Shown here: one piece after another, positions 1 to 6,713 of the stretch
Numbering within the stretch: the first letter of the stretch is position 1
How the letters are laid out: the number at the start of each line of letters is the position of its first letter
DNA from: Armatimonadota bacterium
Lineage (GTDB): Bacteria > Vulcanimicrobiota > JACPDS01 > JBDRKI01
Length of the DNA: 14,282 nt
Assembly (NCBI GenBank): GCA_043814095.1
Contig: JBDRKI010000009.1
Span: 1 to 14,282 of the forward strand
Reading direction: 5' to 3'
The notes under the pieces: generated by a model
What the model saw: the letters and a program-made list of their open reading frames with translations, nothing else
Databases searched by the model: none
Told to the model about the DNA's origin: nothing
Program-made: the position numbers and the translations under genes

Positions 1-138
1 CCTTGTTATATCGGTAACGGTGATTAATATATTTTTACCTGAAAAACTTATATTTTTAAATTTTTCATCCAGTTTCCGTTTTAACAAAGAAGTTAAATCC
101 CTTAAAGGATTTAACTTCTTTACTTTAATAGTACGCAT
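1..138 (-). CDS. 5' part of a probable LarA-family (nickel-pincer lactate racemase N-terminal/DUF2088-like) protein, running off the window edge
   Basis: Not in the ORF track. ATG at 138-136 overlaps the TGA of the upstream gene (TGATG). The frame is open to position 1: MRTIKVKKLNPLRDLTSLLKRKLDEKFKNISFSGKNILITVTDITR. The end matches the LarA-type K-x-hydrophobic strand-D-x-T-R motif. Only 46 aa are visible. Confidence 0.5.
   Translation of the reverse strand, partial: MRTIKVKKLNPLRDLTSLLKRKLDEKFKNISFSGKNILITVTDITR
86..121. repeat. Perfect 15-bp inverted repeat with 6-nt loop
   Basis: AAAGAAGTTAAATCC (86-100), loop CTTAAA, GGATTTAACTTCTTT (107-121); the arms are exact reverse complements. 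Confidence 0.9.
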
Positions 139-665
139 CAGCCCAACTCTACCGATTCTATCTTTTCTTTCCATCTTTTTGCCATATCCCAGTAATTCTC
201 TGCATGAGCTTTAAGCCCGGCTATCTCCTGGGGAGTCAGTTCTCTTTTGGGTTTAGCCGGTATGCCCAGATAAAGGTGGCCGCCGGGAAGGGACGCCCCT
301 TCCGGTACGACAGAGCCCGCCCCTATAATTGAATTCGGACCTATATCGGCGCCGGATAAAACTATGGCGCCTATGCCTATTAATACGTTGTCTCCCACTA
401 TACATCCGTGCAGATTTGCATTATGACCTACGGTAACATAATCACCCACTATACAGGGTTTATCAAGGTCTACATGCAGGACGCTTAAATCCTGGATATT
501 TGTGCATTTACCTATCTTTATCTGGTTTATATCACCCCTTAAAACCGAGCCGAACCATATACTGGCCCCGTCGCTAAGAGTAACATCACCCAGCACCATG
601 GCATTCGGCGCTACAAATGAAGCCTGGGGTATGACCGCTTCTTTATCCATAAATATATGTTTCAT
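138..665 (-). CDS. Gamma-carbonic anhydrase family (YrdA/PaaY-like) left-handed beta-helix protein
   Basis: Motifs IWFGSVLRGD, NIQDLSVLH, VGHNANLHGC, hexapeptide repeats and G-x-PAK-x-x-R. Start moved from 761 to ATG 665 (MKHIF) because GGAGGT lies just upstream and the longer ORF overlaps the preceding gene. Confidence 0.92.
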   Translation of the reverse strand: MKHIFMDKEAVIPQASFVAPNAMVLGDVTLSDGASIWFGSVLRGDINQIKIGKCTNIQDLSVLHVDLDKPCIVGDYVTVGHNANLHGCIVGDNVLIGIGAIVLSGADIGPNSIIGAGSVVPEGASLPGGHLYLGIPAKPKRELTPQEIAGLKAHAENYWDMAKRWKEKIESVELG

Positions 666-678
666 AAAAACCTCCGCA

Positions 679-1734
679 TTAAGTTTTAATTTTATTATCC
701 AGATACATCTTAAAGAGCTTATCCGGCTTGCCTCGGTAGATGTCCCAGTTATCATTATCAACTATATCCTGCAGTGCGTCATAAAGAGCCTTGTTAGCCG
801 GGGCTTCCAGTCCCAGCTTTACAGTGGCGTTAAAAATCGCCCCGTTTATATATTCATTCTCCGTAATTTTGCTTTTTCCTAAAAGTTCTATATAAAGGGA
901 AGGCTTTTTATCACCCCTGCCCTTTACAAGTTTTTTTCTTAAAAACGGCTTTAAGGCAAAAAAGGGCGCATTAAAAATCAACTTAACCAGCAGAGCCACG
1001 GGAAAATCGGGAAGGTTTACAGGTTTTATACCGAGCTTTTTCATTACCGAGTAAGCCTCGCGGAAAGCAACTATCTCAAGCTTCATAATGTTTGAATCCG
1101 CGAAAAGCTCCGCTGCCGGCATATCTAAAATACCGCAGGACGCGTTGCCCAGCATATTTATAAGAAGCTTTGACCATTTAAGAGATTTATAGTCATCATA
1201 TTTTTTAACCGCAAAACCTGAAGCACCGAATACATTGTAAAGTTCGTCCACACTTGCCTTTTTAGAAAAAGGCGCTATCCCTATCCCGCCTTTGCCTGAA
1301 GTATAAATGCTTGTGTTGCCCCCGGGATAAACGGCTGTAGTTGTTGTGGCGGAAATTATATTTGAGGGATCGAGGTATTCCGCGACAAGTTCTTCATTCC
1401 CCAGGCCGTTCTGGAAAACCACTATCTTGGCCCCGTCAATAAAAGTAATTATTTCTTCCATCGCGCTTTTCAGGTGATATGCCTTAACACAGATGAAAAT
1501 ATAATCAAACTTAGCGTCTTTAACGGGTATATCCGCAAAAGAAAGATAAGCTTTTACCTTAGAACCTATATATACTTTTACCTTGCCGCTGTCCGAGACT
1601 TTTATGATTTCATTATTTAAGCTGTTAACGCGCTGTTTGGACTTCTCTACCAGAGTTATGCTCTGGCCGAAACTGCTTAACTGTCCTGCCAGATACTGCC
1701 CGACAGCTCCTGCTCCTATAATTAATATACTCAC
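679..1734 (-). CDS. Ketopantoate reductase (PanE/ApbA) family oxidoreductase
   Basis: IIGAGAVG Rossmann motif, ICVKAY, QNGLGNEE, KWSKLLIN (catalytic Lys region), TENEYING (catalytic Glu region), APANKAL; GTG start. Longer than typical, so the substrate is uncertain. Confidence 0.85.
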   Translation of the reverse strand: MSILIIGAGAVGQYLAGQLSSFGQSITLVEKSKQRVNSLNNEIIKVSDSGKVKVYIGSKVKAYLSFADIPVKDAKFDYIFICVKAYHLKSAMEEIITFIDGAKIVVFQNGLGNEELVAEYLDPSNIISATTTTAVYPGGNTSIYTSGKGGIGIAPFSKKASVDELYNVFGASGFAVKKYDDYKSLKWSKLLINMLGNASCGILDMPAAELFADSNIMKLEIVAFREAYSVMKKLGIKPVNLPDFPVALLVKLIFNAPFFALKPFLRKKLVKGRGDKKPSLYIELLGKSKITENEYINGAIFNATVKLGLEAPANKALYDALQDIVDNDNWDIYRGKPDKLFKMYLDNKIKT

Positions 1735-1777
1735 TGCATTCCTTTTTAAGTTTAATTTTAAACTGTTTTTTAAAAAT

Positions 1778-2293
1778 TTAAACTTTTGATTTTAAAACAG
1801 ATATTATGCTCTCCGCGAAAGATGCCGCCGCATCAGGTCCGTTTGCCGTAATTATATTGCCGTCTACTTCAACCGGAGCGTTTGTATAATTAACACCGCT
1901 GTTTTTCATGTTCTCCGCTTCGCTTTGATAAACGGTTGCTTTTTTACCGTTTAATATTCCGCTGTTTACTAAAATCATAGGGGCTATACATATAGCAGAT
2001 GTAACTTTGCCGGAGTTATAAAAATCTTTCGCTATCCGGTGAGCTGTTGCGTTATTAAAATAAACGGTTGAACCGTAACCACCCACAAAAACAACGGCAT
2101 CATAATCGGATGTATCTACATCATCTATACTCATCTGCGCTTCCACACTTGCTCCAAGCTTGCCGAGGCATGTGCCTTTCCCTGTTGATGCCGTCTCCAC
2201 AAAGATACCGGCTTTTTCAAAATACTCTTTCGGCACCAGGTATTCTTCATCCCTGAATTCATTCTTGGCTATTATCATAAGTATTTTCTTCAT
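1778..2293 (-). CDS. DJ-1/PfpI family protein
   Basis: FRDEEY (conserved Glu), YDAVVFVGG, AICIAP (nucleophile Cys), GKKATV, DGNIITANGP; strong GGGGAGG RBS. Confidence 0.93.
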   Translation of the reverse strand: MKKILMIIAKNEFRDEEYLVPKEYFEKAGIFVETASTGKGTCLGKLGASVEAQMSIDDVDTSDYDAVVFVGGYGSTVYFNNATAHRIAKDFYNSGKVTSAICIAPMILVNSGILNGKKATVYQSEAENMKNSGVNYTNAPVEVDGNIITANGPDAAASFAESIISVLKSKV

Positions 2294-2325
2294 GCGAAAC
2301 CTCCCCTTAAAAAATATTTATCCAC

Positions 2326-2505
2326 TCAATTTTTAGACATCTTAACATTTATATTTTTATTAAAGCTTTTTTCCAGAAATATGGTCTGCAGAAGCTTAAC
2401 AATATCAAACTGGTGTTTTATCATTGTATCCATCTTACACTCAAGTTTCTCCATCTTTTTCATCAGTTCTTCTTCTGTTACTTTGGGCTGCTTCTTTTTA
2501 AACAT
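2326..2505 (-). CDS. Small hypothetical protein (about 59 aa, probable coiled coil)
   Basis: Fills the gap between two co-oriented genes. GGGTG SD-like motif precedes ATG 2505 (alternative GTG start at 2514). Heptad-like segment LMKKMEKLECKMDTM. Confidence 0.6.
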   Translation of the reverse strand: MFKKKQPKVTEEELMKKMEKLECKMDTMIKHQFDIVKLLQTIFLEKSFNKNINVKMSKN

Positions 2506-2522
2506 AATTATCACCCGGCTTT

Positions 2523-2813
2523 CTACATATTTATAAATTCCATATCTACATTCTGTATCTCAACCTCATGAAACTTCTCCATATAATCTATAACCTTTGA
2601 CAAAATGCTGTTTGCGACTTTCCGGTCATTGGAAACACATACTATTCCCATGACAGTTTTATTCCACAGATCAAGACAGTCAATCTCCGCGCACAAGCAT
2701 TCAAATTTATTCTTAACCTTCGCTTTTACCGAATTTAAAATCTGTCTTTTGCCTTTCAGAGAATCCGGCTCTGAAAGCAGGTATATATCTAATTTCGCCG
2801 TTCCTATTATCAT
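2523..2813 (-). CDS. DUF503 (YlxP-like) protein
   Basis: MIIG...SLKGKRQILNSVKAKVKNKF...AE..D.W....GI..VSN pattern typical of DUF503; ATGA overlap with the efp stop. Confidence 0.9.
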   Translation of the reverse strand: MIIGTAKLDIYLLSEPDSLKGKRQILNSVKAKVKNKFECLCAEIDCLDLWNKTVMGIVCVSNDRKVANSILSKVIDYMEKFHEVEIQNVDMEFINM

Positions 2814-3367
2814 ACTCTTTTTAAATATGTGCTTGTCCTTGTGTCAACCTGGACCACATCGTCAATATTAACAAACAAAGGAACCTGAACAACGGCTCCC
2901 GTCTCCAGTGTCGCGGGCTTAGTGCCGCCGGTTGCCGTATCCCCCTTAAAACCGGGTTCGGTATGGGTAATTTTCAGATCCATAAAGTTTGACACTTCAA
3001 TACCGATCGCATTCTCATTATGGAAGAGAACATGTATAGTACTCCCGTCTTTTATCCAGAATTTATTGTCTCCTATCTGTTCCTCGGAAAGATTAATCTG
3101 GTCATAACTCTGGTTGTCCATAAACACAAATTCGGTATCCTGTTTATATAAAAACTGCATCTCTCTTCTATCTATATGGGCCCTGGTAACTTTCTCAGCC
3201 GCCCTGAAAGTTTTTTCAAGAGTATAGCCGGTCTTTAAATTCTTCAGCTTGCTTCTCACAAAAGCGGAGCCTTTTCCCGGTTTTACGTGTTGGAATTCAA
3301 CGATAATAAACAGATCTCCGTCCAGTTCTATTGTGAGACCGTTTCTGAAGTCATTTGTTGATATCAT
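2810..3367 (-). CDS. efp: Translation elongation factor P
   Basis: HVKPGKGSAFVR loop, PGFKGDTA, KPATLETG, VPLFV, DTR; 185 aa; GGAGG RBS. Confidence 0.99.
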   Translation of the reverse strand: MISTNDFRNGLTIELDGDLFIIVEFQHVKPGKGSAFVRSKLKNLKTGYTLEKTFRAAEKVTRAHIDRREMQFLYKQDTEFVFMDNQSYDQINLSEEQIGDNKFWIKDGSTIHVLFHNENAIGIEVSNFMDLKITHTEPGFKGDTATGGTKPATLETGAVVQVPLFVNIDDVVQVDTRTSTYLKRV

Positions 3368-3484
3368 TTTTCCTCCACTTCTCAGGTTTGTTTAATTACT
3401 TCCATTTTTATATATATTTTTCCTTTTTTAAGATTATGCTTTTAAAGCTGTATAAAAATAAAGTTAAATTTAATAGAAAAAAAA

Positions 3485-3508
3485 GAGAAAGAGAAAGAGA
3501 AAGAGAAA
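3485..3508. repeat. Hexamer tandem repeat (GAGAAA)x4
   Basis: Four exact copies at 3485, 3491, 3497 and 3503, abutting the hairpin and flanked by an A8 run. Confidence 0.9.
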
Positions 3509-3552
3509 AAGAATAACCGCTCAGGTTATTACGCCTGAGCGGTTATTCTTTT
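3507..3552 (-). terminator. Intrinsic terminator downstream of the C14 lipoprotein gene
   Basis: AAAAGAATAACCGCTCAGG, 8-nt loop, CCTGAGCGGTTATTCTTTT (19-bp perfect stem). It starts 23 nt after the stop at 3576 and is followed on the minus strand by a long U/C-rich tail. Confidence 0.85.
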
Positions 3553-3575
3553 ATCTTAATATTTACATATGCGTT

Positions 3576-4544
3576 TTATATATTCTTTACTACCATATCT
3601 CCCGTATAGTTGTCCTGTATCTGAATATCCTGGGTAAGCCCTATATTCAAAACAGCTTCGCTCACTCTCGGGGCCGCGTAAATATATGATTCTTCCGCGG
3701 TAACCCGGGTGGCTCCCTCAGGGGCCGCAGGCCCTATAGCAGCGCCTGTCCCAAGCCCTTGAACAAGGTAATACGTCATAAAGCTGTGACCTATGGTATC
3801 GCTTTCATACGACTTCTGATCCCATTTGCTTGAGGTTATGGCAGCCATATTGGGGGTATGGGCAAGTATCTTTCCGGTATAATCTCCCTTAAACACGGGG
3901 TATGACGATTCCACCGGAATAAACTTAGTTCTTATTCCCGGACCGGCTCCTTTATCTATAAAAGCGCCGCTGTAACAAGCATCTATAACAATATATTTTT
4001 TACAACTTGCGGGAATAGCCGCGAGCCATGCATCCAGAGCGTCTTCCGTTATTCTTTCTTCCAGATCAAGATCGCCGCCGTAGAGCAATAAACACCCCGT
4101 AGTGCCGTAATAATTACTGCCCTGGCCGGAGAAGTAGAATACAAACATGGCGCCTTCTTTCAGCCTGCCGGCGGCATCCTCCATATATTTCTGCACATTC
4201 TCTTTTGTCGCGTCACTGTCATAAAGAATGGAGACAAAAGCGCCGGACCACAAAGGACTCTCTCTCAAAGATTTATAAAAACTTTTCGCGTCCTCAACAG
4301 GGTATTTCAAAGTATACGGCTTAGGATAATTTTTAATGCCGACGATTACCGCGTATAAATCCAGATCCCTCTCGGGGGTCGGCGTTGGCGATGCAGTCGG
4401 CGACTGCGGGGAAGGCACATCTATCGTATACTGGGCCTGGGGGTATGCGGATGTATTCCCGCCGCATCCCGAAATGAAGAATACATATACGGATAATAAT
4501 CCTATTATGAGAATTAAAGGAAAAGAAACTTTATTTTTAAACAT
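3576..4544 (-). CDS. Lipoprotein with caspase-like (peptidase C14) domain; catalytic His position is Gln
   Basis: Signal peptide with lipobox ISG-C27, Pro/Thr linker, then YAVIVGI..Y, L.YPVEDA, ATKENV, FVFYFSGQG (normally SGHG), IDACYSG, SS...QKSYE, TYYLVQGL. Confidence 0.88.
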   Translation of the reverse strand: MFKNKVSFPLILIIGLLSVYVFFISGCGGNTSAYPQAQYTIDVPSPQSPTASPTPTPERDLDLYAVIVGIKNYPKPYTLKYPVEDAKSFYKSLRESPLWSGAFVSILYDSDATKENVQKYMEDAAGRLKEGAMFVFYFSGQGSNYYGTTGCLLLYGGDLDLEERITEDALDAWLAAIPASCKKYIVIDACYSGAFIDKGAGPGIRTKFIPVESSYPVFKGDYTGKILAHTPNMAAITSSKWDQKSYESDTIGHSFMTYYLVQGLGTGAAIGPAAPEGATRVTAEESYIYAAPRVSEAVLNIGLTQDIQIQDNYTGDMVVKNI

Positions 4545-4570
4545 ACTCTACCACTATCCTTCACCTTAAA

Positions 4571-4783
4571 TCAGGTAGTTGGACTGGGAGTCGGCGTAGG
4601 AGTCGGTGTAATTGTCGGGTCAGGGGTCGGTATTATCTGGCCGCCGGCCGGTATATCCACACCGGGCTGGTTCGCGGGCGGCGCCACGGTCGGACCGGCA
4701 CCGCAACCGGCTATAAAGAACATACATATACCGGATAATATAATTACAATTGCTATTGAAACAAATAATTTATTTTTAAACAT
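4571..4783 (-). CDS. 70-aa lipoprotein consisting of signal peptide plus Pro/Thr-rich tail; truncated paralog of the downstream gene (possibly a pseudogene)
   Basis: GGAGGT RBS. MFKNK start and lipobox IAG-C27 align with the next gene. Ends PTPDPTITPTPTPTPSPTT-stop. Confidence 0.7.
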   Translation of the reverse strand: MFKNKLFVSIAIVIILSGICMFFIAGCGAGPTVAPPANQPGVDIPAGGQIIPTPDPTITPTPTPTPSPTT

Positions 4784-4816
4784 GCTTACCTCCGGGAAAA
4801 TATCCGTCTTATTTAT

Positions 4817-4822
4817 ATTATA
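4817..4822 (-). promoter_or_regulatory. Putative -10 element for the lipoprotein pair
   Basis: TATAAT on the minus strand about 33 nt upstream of ATG 4783; no correctly spaced consensus -35. Confidence 0.45.
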
Positions 4823-4850
4823 ATCATTTTTATAAGTATTTGTGTTAATA

Positions 4851-4887
4851 TTTTGTTAACTTTTTGTTAACTTTTTGTTAACTTTTT
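4851..4887. repeat. 11-bp tandem direct repeat (TTTTGTTAACT) x3 plus partial
   Basis: Exact copies at 4851, 4862 and 4873, then TTTT. A degenerate copy (TTTGTGTTAATA) lies at 4839-4850. Each unit carries the GTTAAC palindrome. Confidence 0.9.
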
Positions 4888-6553
4888 ATACTTTATAGAA
4901 AAGAGCTTCCTGCGCTAAAAGAATACATTCTTTGGAATTTAACCTTGATATAAGCTCTTTTACGGCTAAAACTGCCGATGCGTTAACGCTTAAACTGCGC
5001 AGAGACAGCCCTATAAGGACAGGTACGCACTCAGGATCCGATGCCGCTTCACCGCATATGCTTAACTCTTTTTTGTGCTTATCTGAAGCTTTTACGATTA
5101 TATCTATCAGCCTTAAAACAGAAGGCTGCAGCGTGCTGTATAAATCCTGAACTTCTTCATTCATCCTGTCAACGGCAAGTGTGTACTGGGTAAGATCATT
5201 ACTGCCTATGCTGAAAAAATCAAGCTCCTTGCCTAAAATATCAACAGTAACAGAAGCTGCCGGGGTCTCAAGCATGATCCCGAGAGACGGTTCATCGTTA
5301 AATTCTGCACCCTCTTCTTTAAGCTCTTTACATACCTTATTAACAAGGTTTTTCGCCCTGACAACTTCTTCATACAGGCTTACCATAGGGAACATTATTT
5401 TAACTTTTTTCCCGCAGGAAGCCATAAGCATGGCCTTAAGCTGGGTTTTAAGTATCTCTTCATAATTAAAACTCCACCTTATGCCCCTTACGCCCAGCGC
5501 TGGATTCTCTTCTTCAAATTCGTAATTTTTCAAAGGCTTATCCGACCCTATATCAAGGGTCCTGAACGTGACTGTGCCGGGAGATATCTTTTCAATAGCT
5601 TCTTTATAAATGCTGACCTGCTCTTCAAGAGAGGGTAGCTTTTCCTTTCCTATATAGATAAATTCCGTCCTGAACAGGCCGACTCCGTCAACACCCGCGT
5701 AAACAGCCGTATCAAGATCTTCAACTTCATTGATATTCGCAAGAATATTAATCTCTAAACCGTCACCGGTTACGGCTTTTTTACCGATAAATTTTTCCCG
5801 GGCTTTTTCAATTTCTTTCTCTTTTTCTATTTTTTCCTTATATGATTTTAAAAGCTCTCCGGTAAGCTCAGAATAAACTTCTCCTTTATCGCCGTCAAGA
5901 ATAACTTCTTTCCCGTTTATACTCTTATCCAGATCCTTAACTCCCATAACACAGGGTATTGCAAGGCTTCTCGCGAGGATCGCGGCATGTGAATTCACCC
6001 CGCCCTTGCGCGTGATTATTCCTTTTATCTTGGACTTATCAAGCTTAGCGGTCTGTGAAGGAAGAAGATCAACCGAAGCAAGTATAAAAGAGTCATCATG
6101 CTCTTTATCAAAAGAATCTTCTTCGCCTTCAAGTATTAAAAAAAGCCGGCTTCCCATATCCAGAAGGTCGGCCGCCCGCGCCTTAAAATATTCGTCTTCA
6201 ATCTGCTCAAACTCTTCAGTTCTCTGCTTTATAATTTTCACAAGAGCGGAAGACGCCGTATATTTACCGTTTTCAATCAGCTCTTTAATTTCATCAACAA
6301 TCATCGGGTCTTCAAGAAAAAGGGCCTGTATATCAAAAATAGCGGCTTCTTCCTTACTTACATAATTTGATATATTTTCCTTAAGCTTGGAAAGCTCTTC
6401 CCTGCAGGTATTTATACCCTCTTCCAGCTTTTTCAATTCTCCCGAAGAATCTTCTGTTTTTTCAACTTTATCAATCTTTAAAATATCAATGCTTTCATGC
6501 CAGAATGCAGTACTTATGGCTATACCTTTTGATACGGATAATCCTTTTAACAT
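4886..6553 (-). CDS. ptsI: Phosphoenolpyruvate-protein phosphotransferase (PTS enzyme I)
   Basis: GGVNSHAAILARS (phospho-His), GVGLFRTEF, RTLDIGSDK, EENPALGVRGIR, MFPMV, GIMLETP, DFFSIGSNDLTQYTLAVDR, ICGE. Confidence 0.97.
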   Translation of the reverse strand: MLKGLSVSKGIAISTAFWHESIDILKIDKVEKTEDSSGELKKLEEGINTCREELSKLKENISNYVSKEEAAIFDIQALFLEDPMIVDEIKELIENGKYTASSALVKIIKQRTEEFEQIEDEYFKARAADLLDMGSRLFLILEGEEDSFDKEHDDSFILASVDLLPSQTAKLDKSKIKGIITRKGGVNSHAAILARSLAIPCVMGVKDLDKSINGKEVILDGDKGEVYSELTGELLKSYKEKIEKEKEIEKAREKFIGKKAVTGDGLEINILANINEVEDLDTAVYAGVDGVGLFRTEFIYIGKEKLPSLEEQVSIYKEAIEKISPGTVTFRTLDIGSDKPLKNYEFEEENPALGVRGIRWSFNYEEILKTQLKAMLMASCGKKVKIMFPMVSLYEEVVRAKNLVNKVCKELKEEGAEFNDEPSLGIMLETPAASVTVDILGKELDFFSIGSNDLTQYTLAVDRMNEEVQDLYSTLQPSVLRLIDIIVKASDKHKKELSICGEAASDPECVPVLIGLSLRSLSVNASAVLAVKELISRLNSKECILLAQEALFYKV

Positions 6554-6628
6554 ATTAATTCTCCCTGTTTATTTTTCCGGCCATATCCCCTATTCCATAT
6601 TCCCTTCATTGTATCCTTTCACGGAAGA

Positions 6629-6654
6629 ATTTCATCCAAAGATTTCATCCAAGG
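6629..6654. repeat. 13-bp tandem direct repeat in the divergent ptsI/ptb-like intergenic region
   Basis: ATTTCATCCAAAG (6629-6641) and ATTTCATCCAAGG (6642-6654), 12/13 identical. Confidence 0.8.
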
Positions 6655-6713
6655 AAGGAAATTAACCGGGTAAAATATAATTGAGAATTGTTGTGAAAAT
6701 AACGGAGGATTAT

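Noticed and set aside
666-761. N-terminal extension of the gamma-CA ORF given in the track (start 761)
   Set aside because: It overlaps the PanE-like gene; the RBS and family length support ATG 665.
4545-4573. Stop-codon read-through or selenocysteine recoding fusing the two lipoprotein genes
   Set aside because: The frame after the TGA differs from the downstream gene and closes soon, and the downstream gene has its own signal peptide.
4851-4887. Short repeats as CRISPR or iteron array
   Set aside because: The units are 11 bp with no spacers, and there is no cas or rep gene nearby.
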